NCBI GenBank assembly: GCA_963787255.1
Contig: CAWBCJ010000018.1
Span: forward strand, 1 to 64,000
Direction: 5' to 3'
Source: Methanobacteriota archaeon
Lineage (GTDB): Archaea; Methanobacteriota; Methanobacteria; Methanobacteriales; Methanobacteriaceae
Length of the DNA: 64,000 nt
Below the pieces are notes generated by a model. That model saw nothing but the letters and a program-made list of their open reading frames with translations, was not told the DNA's origin and made no database searches. Of this stretch, positions 8,687 through 19,884 are shown piece by piece. Each line of letters opens with the position of its first letter. Positions within the stretch are counted from its first letter, which is position 1. The position numbers were made by a program, and so were the translations under genes.

Positions 8687-11095
8687 ATGGGAACACAAAA
8701 AAATCCATTTTTAAATGGTAAAAATTATGAAATATTTGAAAATATGCAAGAAAGCATATCAGTATTTGACGTAGAACATGATGATAATAACAAAATTGTA
8801 GACCTAATTTTTAAATATGTTAATCCAGTTACAGCCCGTAATTTAGGTGTCAGGCGAGAAAAACTCATTAATACTAGTTTTAAAAAGTTATATGGACTAG
8901 AAATTACAGCACCTTATTTAGATATAATTAATAAAGTATTCAATAAAGGGGAAAACATGAGTTTTGAAACTTATTTTGCCCCATTAGATACATATTTTTT
9001 AATTTCTGCTTTCTTTTTAGAAGAAGATTTGTATATTGCAATCAGTTTTGATATAAAAGAGCATAAAAAACCGGAAAACCAATTAGTGGACAGTGAAGAG
9101 ATATTTAGGAGCATTGTAGAACAATCAATCGATGGAATAATAATTGTAAATGAAAGCAGTGTTATTATTGAATGGAATCATAGCATGGAAAGAATAACAG
9201 GTTTAAAAAGAAATAACGCGATAAATCGGCTTGTTTGGGATGTTCTATATTCCATCACACCTCAAGAAACAAGAACAACAGATAATTACAACAGACTTAA
9301 AAAAAATGCACTTAAATTTATGGAAAGTATGGAATCACCTTCTTTAGGTGGATTATTTGAAGATAGGATACAGCATATTGATGGTTCAATCCGGTTTTTA
9401 CAGTCTTTACCTTTTCTTATAAAAACAAGCAAAGGTAAATTGATTTGTAGTTTTCATCGCGATATTACAGAGTACAAAAAGGATGAAGAAGAGTTAGAAA
9501 AATATAGGTCTACTCTTGAAGATCTTGTGGAAAAAAGAACTGAAGAACTTACAGAACTAACAAGATCATTAAAAAATGAAATTCATGAACGTAAAAAAGT
9601 AGAAAAAAGATTAAAGGAAAGTGAAGAGAAGTATCGTGAATTATTCAATAAAGCAGATGATATGATCAGCTTAAATGAGATGAAAGAAAATGGAATGCCG
9701 GGATACTTTATTGAAATAAATGATGTTGCAAGTCAAAGATTAGGTTATAATAAAAATGAATTTTTAAGCATGACTCCTGTCAATATAGTTGCTCCAGATA
9801 AAAGAAGTGAAATGTCAAAAAATGCAGCAGAACTAGCTAGGGAAGGTCATGCAAAGTTTGAAATAGTCCATATGGCTAAGAATGGCTCCAGAATACCTGT
9901 AGAAGTTAATAATCATATTTTCAAGTTAAATGGCAAAAATGTTGCCCTTGCTATTTCTCGTGATATTACAGAACGTAAAAATGCAGAATCAGCTTTAAAA
10001 GAGAGTGAAGAGAAAATGAGGGCTATTATTGAATCTTCTCCTGATTCTATTACAGTTACAGATTTGAATCTAAATATAATTCTTTGTAATCAGGCAACAG
10101 TTGATATGTATGGTGCAAATTCCAAGGATGAAATAATTGGATCAAATGCATTTGGCTTAGTTGACCCAGAAGATCGGCCAAAATTAGTAGAAATGGTTAA
10201 AAACACCATATTAACCAAGAAAAGTATTAATTTAGAGCTTAATCTTTTTACAAAGGAAGGTAATATTTTCCCCGCTGAAATTTCTGGAAATATCCTTAAG
10301 GATGATTACGGTAAACCTTTATTATTTATAGCAATAACAAAAGATATTACGGATCGTAAAAGGCGCTTAAATGATTTAAAAAGGCTTATTAAAGACTTAG
10401 AGAGTTCTAATGATGAGTTGCAACAGTTTGCTTATATTACTAGCCATGACTTGCAGGAGCCTTTAAGAACTATGGCTAGTTATGCTGGACTTTTAGAGCG
10501 GCGATACAAAGGCAAACTTGATAGTGATGCTGATGAGTTCATTGAATACATGGTTAGCGGAGCTTCAAGAATGAGGAGTATGATTCAAGGTTTATTAGAT
10601 TATTCTCGCGTCGGAACTAGGGGTGAAGAATTTAATAACTTTGATATGGAAGAAGCACTTAATACGGCTTTATCTAACTTAAAATCAGCAATTGAGAATA
10701 ATAATGCTGAAATATCATATGACAAACTCCCAATAATATTTGCAGATGAGGATCAAATCAGCCGAGTATTCCAGAATTTGATTAGTAATGCTATTAAATT
10801 TCGTAAAAAAGAGGAATATCCTAAAATTCACATTTCCTGTAAAAAAGATGAAAAGAACAATGAATATGTAATTTCAGTTTCTGATAATAGTATCGGAATG
10901 GAGCAACAGTATACTGACAAAATATTTGAAGTGTTTAAAAGATTACATGCAATAGGAGACTATGAAGGTGCAGGAATAGGATTAGCCATTGTTAAGAGGA
11001 TTATTGACAGTCATGGTGGTCGTGTTTGGGTGGAATCCGAGTTGGGTGTGGGTTCTAATTTTTATTTTACAATTCCAATTACGGAAAGCGCATAA
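8687..11095 (+). CDS. multi-PAS sensor histidine kinase
   Basis: Several PAS/PAC repeats (RDITERK), H-box FAYITSHDLQEPLR, N-box NLISNAIKF, G-box GIGLAIVKRI. Confidence 0.95.
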   Translation: MGTQKNPFLNGKNYEIFENMQESISVFDVEHDDNNKIVDLIFKYVNPVTARNLGVRREKLINTSFKKLYGLEITAPYLDIINKVFNKGENMSFETYFAPLDTYFLISAFFLEEDLYIAISFDIKEHKKPENQLVDSEEIFRSIVEQSIDGIIIVNESSVIIEWNHSMERITGLKRNNAINRLVWDVLYSITPQETRTTDNYNRLKKNALKFMESMESPSLGGLFEDRIQHIDGSIRFLQSLPFLIKTSKGKLICSFHRDITEYKKDEEELEKYRSTLEDLVEKRTEELTELTRSLKNEIHERKKVEKRLKESEEKYRELFNKADDMISLNEMKENGMPGYFIEINDVASQRLGYNKNEFLSMTPVNIVAPDKRSEMSKNAAELAREGHAKFEIVHMAKNGSRIPVEVNNHIFKLNGKNVALAISRDITERKNAESALKESEEKMRAIIESSPDSITVTDLNLNIILCNQATVDMYGANSKDEIIGSNAFGLVDPEDRPKLVEMVKNTILTKKSINLELNLFTKEGNIFPAEISGNILKDDYGKPLLFIAITKDITDRKRRLNDLKRLIKDLESSNDELQQFAYITSHDLQEPLRTMASYAGLLERRYKGKLDSDADEFIEYMVSGASRMRSMIQGLLDYSRVGTRGEEFNNFDMEEALNTALSNLKSAIENNNAEISYDKLPIIFADEDQISRVFQNLISNAIKFRKKEEYPKIHISCKKDEKNNEYVISVSDNSIGMEQQYTDKIFEVFKRLHAIGDYEGAGIGLAIVKRIIDSHGGRVWVESELGVGSNFYFTIPITESA

Positions 11096-11269
11096 TAGTC
11101 TTTAAATTTATGAATAGATAAAGCATTGAGCAGCATCCTTATTAATATAGTACTAATTATGCACCATTTATAAATAAGGAGGCGCAGCATCCTCCTAAAG
11201 CTACAAAAACAGGTCTAGGTAATTGCAAAAAAAATTTGTAGGATGCTGCAATTGATAAAGAACTTAAAA

Positions 11270-11461
11270 TTATTTACTATAATATAATACTAACTTGCTG
11301 GTTACAACCGTTTTAGCCCTTAAAAGAATATTATCTCTGTAATCTTTACTCTTAATTTCATTTTCTATTTTTACAAGTAAAGATTCTAAATTTGCTGGCT
11401 TACACTTATATGCGGCGTCTAAAATAGTATTAGATACATTATTATTACTGATATTATTCAT
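11270..11461 (-). CDS. small 'CKP' family protein, copy 1 of 3
   Basis: AYKCKP..LE.LL.KIE.EIK...LLRAK.VVTSK shared with 19660 and 22846; GGAGG RBS. Confidence 0.8.
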   Translation of the reverse strand: MNNISNNNVSNTILDAAYKCKPANLESLLVKIENEIKSKDYRDNILLRAKTVVTSKLVLYYSK

Positions 11462-11952
11462 TTTGTTTTTACCTCCAATAACCCTAGAGGTATATTATAT
11501 TAGTCTAAAGTACTACTTACAATTTTCGTATTATACAACGATCTAAATTGTTATAAGCAACTATTTCATCAACATCAAATTATCATATATATATTTTTAA
11601 TTATTTTGTTTTAAAGTCACTGGATTAAATAGATTTTCCTTAATAATAGCTAAATTTTATATCTGAAATGCATATTTAGATTAAATAATGTCTTGAAGAT
11701 TATATATGTATAATTTTATGAAAAATTAGTTTCTCCCACTAAATTATCAAATTTTAGCTTTAATTTGGAAGTATTTTTTTTAAATCCCCCGGATTTTTCT
11801 AGATTCAATAATATTCAACATATAGTATAGTAAGTTTTAATATATCAAAAATAGAGATCATTTAAATTCCATATCTAATTTCAAATTAATAAATTAGAGA
11901 TTTTATTCTTATAATTCAAAATTACACTTAAATTAACATAAGGAGAAATAAA

Positions 11953-12924
11953 TTGACCAATAATCAAGCTAAAAAACTTTATCAAACAGGAATAGAACTA
12001 CTAACATATGGAAAGTCCCAGGAAGCCGTAAACTACTTCCGCGAAGCAGTAGAAGCAGACCCTTTCTGTATGGAGGCCCAGTTGGAACTGGGATACCTTT
12101 TAGGAGCCATGGAAAACTACGCAGAGGCCATAAATTCCTTTAATAATGCTTTGGAAATACAGAAAACGTTTCCGGGACTTTTTGGTAGGGGTTTATGCCT
12201 TTTTTTCATGGAAGAATATGAAAAATCATTAGACGCCTTTATGGACGCCCAAGAAATCGGGGAAAACGAAGACTTGTGGTATTATCTGGGAAACCTGCAT
12301 TTAATTCATTTCGGCAACTTTGAAGGTGCCGTAAATTGTTTTGACATGGCCGTATCCATAGATGAAAAATTTATTGATGCCTGGAATGATTGCGGCGTGG
12401 CCTACAGTATTCTAGAAAACGATGAAAATGCTCTGGCATGTTTCCAGGAAGTTTTAAGTATTGATCCAGGTTACAAAGAGGCTATATATAATATGGGAGC
12501 AACATTAGCAGACATGGGGCGCTACGGGGAATCCTTGAAATACCTGGACCAAACCTTAAAAAGTGAGCCTGACAATTTCAAAGCCCTATTTTACAAGGGA
12601 AACACATTATACTTCATGGAAAAAGAAGAAGAAGCGGCAGAATACTTTAAAAAAGCTCTTGAAGTAGATAAAAATCAGGAGGAACTGTGGAATTACCTTG
12701 GTTATATTCAGTTCAGCCTGGGCCAAAATCACGAGGCTGTAGAATCCCTAAATGAGGCCATTAAACTCAATAATGATTATGAAACAGCTTATTTAAATCT
12801 GGGAAATGTTTATCTGGATTTAGATAAATATAATCTTGCTTTAGAATGTTTTGAAAGGGTTTTACAAATCTCACCAGATAATGAAGAAGCTTTAAGGGAA
12901 ATTGAGGAGTTAAAGAGTAAATAA
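11953..12924 (+). CDS. tetratricopeptide repeat protein
   Basis: Repeated W/Y..LG......Y.EA...F..AL..P motifs. Confidence 0.92.
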   Translation: MTNNQAKKLYQTGIELLTYGKSQEAVNYFREAVEADPFCMEAQLELGYLLGAMENYAEAINSFNNALEIQKTFPGLFGRGLCLFFMEEYEKSLDAFMDAQEIGENEDLWYYLGNLHLIHFGNFEGAVNCFDMAVSIDEKFIDAWNDCGVAYSILENDENALACFQEVLSIDPGYKEAIYNMGATLADMGRYGESLKYLDQTLKSEPDNFKALFYKGNTLYFMEKEEEAAEYFKKALEVDKNQEELWNYLGYIQFSLGQNHEAVESLNEAIKLNNDYETAYLNLGNVYLDLDKYNLALECFERVLQISPDNEEALREIEELKSK

Positions 12925-12978
12925 ATATTAATTTATTTCATTTTCTTTAGCATTCATCGTCCACTTTATTGAATTTTT

Positions 12979-13710
12979 TTATAAATTAAGGCCTTTATAA
13001 ATCAATAATAAGCTAGTAATGGCAATTGCAATTAAAACTATTTTTTTGAAGACATTCTGGGGAATTCTTTTTACAATTTTTTTACCAGTATAAGATCCCA
13101 CGATTCCTATTATAATAAGTGGAACGATGTAATAATAATATTGGGGCTCAAGAAGATTATTTGCAAGATATATGGGAATTCTTGTCATGTCAATAGCCAC
13201 TGCTATAGCAGCAAGTGTTGCTATGTATTTGTATCTTTCTAAACCATATGAGATTAGAAAAGCTCCTCTTAATGGCCCGCCAATTCCCACTAATCCCTGT
13301 AAAAATCCTGATATGCTACCTCCAATTATCGTGTTTTTGGGTTCTGCTTTAACTTTGAAATCAGGTTTGAGTAAGGAATAAATAGAAAATAAAAATAGAA
13401 AAATCCCTAAAATAATCTGTAAATCATCTTGAGAGATATAAACAACAAAATAGGCTCCAAAAACTGTCAATATAACTCCGGGCACGCCAAAAAGTAAAAT
13501 AAGTCTTTTATCTAAACCATGTCGAAAAAAAATCACTGCACCAATGTTACCTGAAATGTGGGAAATTGCCACTAATACAAGTGCTGTTTTAAAATCCATA
13601 AAAAAGAGGGCAATGGGTAAAAAAACTGTTGATGTTCCAAATCCTGCCACCGTACCTATTATTACTGTTAAAAATGCAATAATAAAGAATAAAATTATAA
13701 ATTCATTCAT
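12979..13710 (-). CDS. TauE/SafE (TSUP) family sulfite exporter-like permease
   Basis: GTVAGFG and GLVGIGGP motifs, about 8 TM helices. Confidence 0.9.
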   Translation of the reverse strand: MNEFIILFFIIAFLTVIIGTVAGFGTSTVFLPIALFFMDFKTALVLVAISHISGNIGAVIFFRHGLDKRLILLFGVPGVILTVFGAYFVVYISQDDLQIILGIFLFLFSIYSLLKPDFKVKAEPKNTIIGGSISGFLQGLVGIGGPLRGAFLISYGLERYKYIATLAAIAVAIDMTRIPIYLANNLLEPQYYYYIVPLIIIGIVGSYTGKKIVKRIPQNVFKKIVLIAIAITSLLLIYKGLNL

Positions 13711-13809
13711 AATACGCTCTCATGATGGTATATGGTGTAAAATAATTACAGTATATCCAAATAGGATTAATTATTTTGATTTAAAGCGCTATTTTTTTTA
13801 ATTTAGTAC

Positions 13810-14628
13810 CTATATTATTTCGCCATTTATAGAAATTGTGTAATCTTTAATAATTATGTTCTTTTGAGCTTTTTCTAATGCTCTTTTAACTATAATCTCA
13901 ATACCTGAGCAGCATGGAACTTCCATATGCACTATTGAGATTGATTTTATATCTTGTTTTTTGAAGATTTCAGCTAATTTATCCACATATTGATCTATAG
14001 TCTTATCCAGTTTAGGACAGAGTATTATTAAAACTTTATCTTTTAAAAACCGCTGATGGAAATTAGCATAAGCAAACGGAGCACAATCTGCCGAAATCAA
14101 TAAGTCTGCATTTTTTAAATAAGGCGCACTGGGATTTAAAAGCTGTAGTTGCACAGGCCAATTTTTAAGTTCAGCACTTAATATCTGCGGTTCATTACTA
14201 CTTTCCGGTTTATTTTCACTTAAATCCTTCATCATGGAACCTGGACAAACGCAGGGTAACGGTTTTTCTTCTTTATAATTTGGAATTTCAATATTTTTTT
14301 CCTTTAAAAAATTAACAGCCTGATTAAGAATATCTTCCTGGCCGTGATCATATAGATGTTGTAAATGAGCCTTTATAACATTAGGGCCAGCTTTTACAAT
14401 ATTTTCCATAACTTTATACTCGTCATAAGGTTCAGCTTCCCTTTTTTCAACTTCTATAGCGCCCTCAGGGCAATCTCCAATGCAAGCTCCTAAACCATCA
14501 CAGAATAAATCACTTATAAGTCTTGCCTTCTCGTCGATTACCTGTAAAGCCCCTTCAGGACATCCAGTAATGCAACTGCCACAACCTGTACATTTTTCTT
14601 CATTAATTCTGATAATATCTCTTTTCAT
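13810..14628 (-). CDS. 2x[4Fe-4S] ferredoxin-domain iron-sulfur protein
   Basis: CTGCGSCITGCP, CDGLGACIGDCP, WPVQL, ADC, CPKLD, MEVPCC. Confidence 0.88.
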   Translation of the reverse strand: MKRDIIRINEEKCTGCGSCITGCPEGALQVIDEKARLISDLFCDGLGACIGDCPEGAIEVEKREAEPYDEYKVMENIVKAGPNVIKAHLQHLYDHGQEDILNQAVNFLKEKNIEIPNYKEEKPLPCVCPGSMMKDLSENKPESSNEPQILSAELKNWPVQLQLLNPSAPYLKNADLLISADCAPFAYANFHQRFLKDKVLIILCPKLDKTIDQYVDKLAEIFKKQDIKSISIVHMEVPCCSGIEIIVKRALEKAQKNIIIKDYTISINGEII

Positions 14629-14805
14629 AATTATTATCCACCGTTATTAGTTTATTATATTGAATTTTGAGACTATTTGCCTATAGCGATCAAATTTCGG
14701 TTTTGAAGTCACTACCTTTTTCATAAAAAAAACAGGAGTGATCGTTATTTAATATATATTAATATGTTGATAAAATTTATCATCATCATTTTTAAAACCC
14801 TTTTT

Positions 14806-16485
14806 CTATTCTTTTTTTTCGGATTCCCATCTTTTAATGCATTGATCAATGGTTAAACAAAACTTGCTTTCAACAATTTCCTGTTCCAGTTTGGTTTTTC
14901 TAATGGAATCTCGGAGAGGTCCATACATATTTGCTGCTTTAATTTTAATGCCCCGACGCTTCAGCTCATCATTAAGTTCTTCTAACATTTCAATTCCTGA
15001 ATAATCAATGAAAGATGTGGCCTCAAAATCCAAAACAAATAGTTTAGTGTCTTTATATTCAGTATCTACCAGATCTATAATTGTGTTTTTTACACTTTCG
15101 GTATTTAGGAATATCTGGGATCCATCAACCCTGACAATGAGTGTATGGGTGAGTATTTCAGCTTCTGGGCGGCGTTTAATATCTAAATATTGGATAGTAC
15201 CGGGAATACGTCCTAATACAGCTACATGGGGATTGTACATATTTTTGAGTAAGCTTAAAACTGATAATATTACTCCAATTACAATTCCTTGGAGTGCACC
15301 AATAAACAGTACAGTTAAAAGCGTTATAATGGCAATGGTGAATTCTATCTTGCTGAAATTGTAGATTTTTCGAAAATGAGGGATATCAACAAGACCTTTT
15401 ATGACAAAGAGTACTATAGCAGCCAGTATAGCTTGGGGTAAGTTGTAGAATACTCCTGTAAATAAAACCAGAACTAATAAAATAACTATTCCTGATATTC
15501 CTCCAGCAAGCGGCGTTTTTGCCCCGCTTTCATCGTTTACCGCAGTTCTAGATAGGGTCCCGCCTATGGGCAGTCCCTGGAAAAGCCCTACAGCAACGTT
15601 AGATGCACCTAAAGCTAGCAATTCCTGGTTTTTATCAACTTTGTACTTGTTTTTAGCGGCATATTCAGAAGCAAATATATATCCTTCTACGTAACTTACA
15701 AGAAAAACAGTTGCTGCTAAAGTAAGCAGGATATTAACATCTATTAATGTGGGATCTGGAATTATCAGGGCAGGCAATCCCGGGGGGATTGAACCTACTA
15801 TTTTCACGCCTAAAGAAGCAAGATTAGTGAAAGTGATAAGCACGATTGATCCTAAGACTAGGAACAATGTATTGGGCAGTTTAGGAAATTTTTTAGTGGC
15901 TAAAAATAAGAAAAGAATTCCTCCAACGCCAATAGCAAGGGTGGCCAGGTTAGTTTGGTCAATATGCACTAAAAGATAATAAATGCGGTCAAAGAAATTG
16001 CCTGAAGTGCCCTGTATTCCAAATAGTGTGGGAAGCTGTCCTGAAGCAATATATAATGCTAGACCTGCTAAAAATCCGGTTAAAACTGTTTTTGAAATGA
16101 ATTTAATTATGAATCCTAATCTTAAGGCCCATGATATGAGTGCTAAAACACCCACCATTACTGCTACAAGCGATACCATCATAAAATACTGGCTGGTGCT
16201 CGTAATCATCAAAGAACCAAGTGTAGAACCAACTAATATGGAAATGGTGGAAGTAGGACCAATAGATAACTGTTTGGATGTTCCAAAAATCACGTAAACT
16301 AGTAAGGCGACCATTGCTGAATACAAACCAATCTCTGGGGGTAAACCTGCTAAAGAAACATATGCCATGACCTCTGGAATGGTAAAGGCACCAACGGTAA
16401 TCCCGGCAATAATATCGGGTCTTAGCCACTCTTTATTATAAGATCGAGACCATTTGGTCACTGGAAATAATGATGAGAGTTTCAT
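14806..16485 (-). CDS. SulP/SLC26 anion permease with STAS domain
   Basis: DIIAGITVG...PE.MAY..LAGLPP..GLY signature; C-terminal STAS (LDFEATSFIDYSG). Confidence 0.95.
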   Translation of the reverse strand: MKLSSLFPVTKWSRSYNKEWLRPDIIAGITVGAFTIPEVMAYVSLAGLPPEIGLYSAMVALLVYVIFGTSKQLSIGPTSTISILVGSTLGSLMITSTSQYFMMVSLVAVMVGVLALISWALRLGFIIKFISKTVLTGFLAGLALYIASGQLPTLFGIQGTSGNFFDRIYYLLVHIDQTNLATLAIGVGGILFLFLATKKFPKLPNTLFLVLGSIVLITFTNLASLGVKIVGSIPPGLPALIIPDPTLIDVNILLTLAATVFLVSYVEGYIFASEYAAKNKYKVDKNQELLALGASNVAVGLFQGLPIGGTLSRTAVNDESGAKTPLAGGISGIVILLVLVLFTGVFYNLPQAILAAIVLFVIKGLVDIPHFRKIYNFSKIEFTIAIITLLTVLFIGALQGIVIGVILSVLSLLKNMYNPHVAVLGRIPGTIQYLDIKRRPEAEILTHTLIVRVDGSQIFLNTESVKNTIIDLVDTEYKDTKLFVLDFEATSFIDYSGIEMLEELNDELKRRGIKIKAANMYGPLRDSIRKTKLEQEIVESKFCLTIDQCIKRWESEKKE

Positions 16486-16800
16486 GATTTATAATCCAAT
16501 TTTTTTTGTAGAATTAAAGTTTAAGATATAATAATTTTTTTTATTCTCTTTTTTTTAATATATGGGTTTTTTTTGTTAAAATTAACGTATTTAGATAATC
16601 TTCTCTTATTTTAGATGCTATCTTAAATTATAAATACAATTATTACGATCATGATTACGACAATCTATTTTAGATTATTTTTAAAAAACAAACCACTTTT
16701 TTTAGTTTTTTAGAATCATTCTCTTTTTAGAAAAATTTAGGTATTTTATAGGATAGAGTAATATTTAAAAAATAAAAAATATTATTAAGAGCGTGAAAAC

Positions 16801-17613
16801 ATGATTGTAAATATAGAAAACTTCAATCCTGTAATCTTAGCTCTTATTGCTACATCATTTACATGGTTAATGACGGCTATTGGGGCTTCTACAGTATTTA
16901 TAGCACAAAATGTAGATAAAAAACTGCTTAATACGTCTCTTGGCTTTGCTGCTGGAGTAATGATCGCAGCAAGCTTCTGGTCACTTCTAGCTCCGGCACT
17001 GGAGATGTCAGTGGAATGGGGAAATCTTACATGGGTGCCTGCAGCTACTGGTTTTTTAATTGGAAGCGTTTTTTTAGGAGTAATTGACAAAATAATTCCT
17101 CATCTACACCGAGGATACTCGATAGATCGGGCTGAAGGCATTAAAACTACATGGCATAGGAATAGACTACTTATTATTGCAGTAACTTTACACAATATTC
17201 CTGAAGGTTTAGCGGTGGGAATTGCTTTTGGAGCTGTTGCAGTGGGTTTTCAATCTGCTTCTTTTTTTGCAGCAGTTTCTCTGGCTATCGGGATTGGAAT
17301 TCAAAACCTTCCTGAAGGATTGGCTGTTTCCTTACCTCTTCGAGGTGAAGGAATGTCTTCACTGAAAAGTTTTTGGTATGGGCAGTTATCGGGGTTTGTG
17401 GAGGTTATTGCAGGGATTCTTGGAGCTTTAATAGTAACTTTTTCACATTCAATCTTGCCGTATGCTCTAGGTTTTGCTGCAGGTGCAATGATTTTTGTTG
17501 TCGTTGAAGAAGTTATACCGGAATGTCAAAGTGGGGGTAATACTGATTTAGCTACATTAGCTATTATTGGTGGGTTTTTGATTATGATGATACTTGATGT
17601 AACATTTGGATAA
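16801..17613 (+). CDS. zupT: ZIP family divalent metal transporter (ZupT/GufA)
   Basis: LHNIPEGLAVG, GIGIQNLPEG, FAAGAMIFVV.EE. Confidence 0.92.
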   Translation: MIVNIENFNPVILALIATSFTWLMTAIGASTVFIAQNVDKKLLNTSLGFAAGVMIAASFWSLLAPALEMSVEWGNLTWVPAATGFLIGSVFLGVIDKIIPHLHRGYSIDRAEGIKTTWHRNRLLIIAVTLHNIPEGLAVGIAFGAVAVGFQSASFFAAVSLAIGIGIQNLPEGLAVSLPLRGEGMSSLKSFWYGQLSGFVEVIAGILGALIVTFSHSILPYALGFAAGAMIFVVVEEVIPECQSGGNTDLATLAIIGGFLIMMILDVTFG

Positions 17614-17688
17614 TAATTGTAATATTATAATAAATAAATTTATTACAATTAAATAATATATTAATTAGAAAACTCAGTTGGTGAAAAA

Positions 17689-18240
17689 ATGGCTAAAGTA
17701 ACTCGAGAAATGGTAGAAGAAACTGGAATTAATGTTGATGAGCTCGTAGAACTTTTAGTAAAGAATGCTGCAGCAGAGCTTACAACATTCTATTACTATA
17801 CCATACTAAGAGTTAATCTAATTGGTTTAGAAGGTGAAGGGATAAAAGAAATTGCAGAAACAGCACGTATTGAGGATCGAAACCATTTTGAAGCCCTTTT
17901 ACCACGTATCTATGAACTTGGAGGAAAATTACCAGGCAACATGAATGACTTCCACGACATATCCGGCTGCCCACCAGCATCTCTACCAGCCGATCCAACA
18001 GACATTAAAGCAATGTTAACAGTTCTAGTGAATGCTGAAAGGTGCGCTGTACGAGCATATACCAACATCTGTAATTTAACAGCAGGTAAAGATCATAGAA
18101 CTTATGATCTGTCTCTATCCATTCTAAATGAAGAAATTCAACATGAATCATGGTTTTCTGAATTCCTTGGAGAGGGACCTTCCGGACATTTCCTCCGAAG
18201 AGGAGATACATCTCCATTTGTTTCCAAATTCCTGGAATAA
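17689..18240 (+). CDS. Dps-like (DpsL) ferritin-superfamily protein
   Basis: AAAELTTFYYYT, EDRNHFE, AERCA, EEIQHE and the conserved Cys pair. Confidence 0.92.
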   Translation: MAKVTREMVEETGINVDELVELLVKNAAAELTTFYYYTILRVNLIGLEGEGIKEIAETARIEDRNHFEALLPRIYELGGKLPGNMNDFHDISGCPPASLPADPTDIKAMLTVLVNAERCAVRAYTNICNLTAGKDHRTYDLSLSILNEEIQHESWFSEFLGEGPSGHFLRRGDTSPFVSKFLE

Positions 18241-18521
18241 TAAAAAAAAATTCAACTCTACTCATTTTTCTATTTCTTTTTTAGAGTAATTTCAGTTACA
18301 TTAACTAACTTTTTCCATAAAAGATATATTCTAATTCACTTATTTTATCCTTAATAACTCCCTAATCATCCATAAACTTATCATTATTAATTTTATACCT
18401 CTAAATTCACTGTAATTCATTAAATTCAAATATTTTGATCGTCTAGTTTTAAAAGAAAATATAAATCATTTAAAAATCATATATTAAATTAATAAAATAT
18501 GAATTAGGAGTTGAAAAAAAC

Positions 18522-18890
18522 ATGCCAAGAGTAGTACATTTTGAAATACCTGCAGATGATCCGGAAAGAGCAGTAGAATTTTATAAAAAAGCATTCGGAT
18601 GGAAAATCGATAAATGGGAAGGGCCTTTTGACTACTGGCTCGTAACAACTGGAGAAGACGATGAACCAGGTATTAACGGCGCTATAATGACAAAAGAAAT
18701 GGGAAATATGATTAGAAATACCATTGGCGTTGAATCATTCGACGAATATGCAGAAAAAATCGAAAAAGCAGGCGGAAAAATGGTAACTGAAAAACAGACC
18801 ATTCCAGGCATTGGTACCATGGCAGCTTTCCAAGACACCGAAGGGAACGTTTCAGTAATAATGGAACCAACGATGACTAATACCTCTTAA
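18522..18890 (+). CDS. VOC/glyoxalase family protein
   Basis: [16 protein letters not shown]...FGW, F.DTEGN. Confidence 0.92.
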   Translation: MPRVVHFEIPADDPERAVEFYKKAFGWKIDKWEGPFDYWLVTTGEDDEPGINGAIMTKEMGNMIRNTIGVESFDEYAEKIEKAGGKMVTEKQTIPGIGTMAAFQDTEGNVSVIMEPTMTNTS

Positions 18891-19100
18891 AATAGTTTAA
18901 TACCCCACACCTGCTAATTTACCTATTTTCTTTTTATCTCTCTAAACCATTTATTTTTATATTCCTAATTTTTAAGCTTATAATATATGACTTCGCACTT
19001 TTCAAGTTTACTTAATTCATTTATTTTATCAATTATACTTCAAGTCTCTAATTAAAAATGAGAATATAAATAGGTTAGATACAATATAACTCAAAAAGAG

Positions 19101-19541
19101 GTGGATATTATGGGCGAACATAAACAAATAGAAGTTAAAATAGATGAGGATTTTCAAATTCTTGTAGATGAAGGATTAGAAGATATTATTAAAAATTTCT
19201 TTCGGTGGGAAATTGAAACATGTAATTCGTGTATTGATTATAAAGGATCAGTATGGATAGAATTTTGCAATTTTGATGATTATAAACAATTTTTACAATT
19301 AGCATTACGTAATAACATTGTAATTAACGGCACGAGTCAAAAACGTGAAACTCTTTGGAATTTCCTTCAAGAAAAATCGAAAGTAAAACTAGTTTTTGAT
19401 GAAGAACTAATGGAAGACCCCAATAATGAAGATAATTTTATGAGGACCGGAGTTTTGATAATTTGTGTTGGTTTAACTTTCCCCAAAGAACTGCTGGATG
19501 ACTTTAAAAAATTGTTATTTGAAGTTTTACCACCGGAATAA
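19101..19541 (+). CDS. hypothetical protein
   Basis: Long ORF with GAGG RBS; ETCNSC motif; no family recognised. Confidence 0.6.
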   Translation: MDIMGEHKQIEVKIDEDFQILVDEGLEDIIKNFFRWEIETCNSCIDYKGSVWIEFCNFDDYKQFLQLALRNNIVINGTSQKRETLWNFLQEKSKVKLVFDEELMEDPNNEDNFMRTGVLIICVGLTFPKELLDDFKKLLFEVLPPE

Positions 19542-19659
19542 CAAATATTCCTTAAAAAGAGTAGTGTTTAAGTAAAAAAAATATATAAAATGCTTGAAAA
19601 CTTTAAATGACATAAAATTTGACAATTAAATCAGTATATCATGAAAATTGGGAAAAAAG

Positions 19660-19884
19660 TTATAAAGATATTTTCCCACTATCTCTCATTGAAGCCAATC
19701 TACTTGTAATTATTGTCTTTGCAATCATGAGGTCATAATTGTTTTCTTTACACTTGCCAATTTCGGTTTCAATCTGTTTAAGTAGTTCTTTTAATCCTTT
19801 TGGTTTGCATTTACTTGCTTTTTTTAAAAGTTCTTCTGATTTTAATTCTTTTTCTGTGTTTTTTCTGAAGTTCATTGTGTTCAT
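19660..19884 (-). CDS. small 'CKP' family protein, copy 2 of 3
   Basis: ASKCKPKGLKELLKQIETEI...LMIAKTIITSRLAS. Confidence 0.75.
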   Translation of the reverse strand: MNTMNFRKNTEKELKSEELLKKASKCKPKGLKELLKQIETEIGKCKENNYDLMIAKTIITSRLASMRDSGKISL

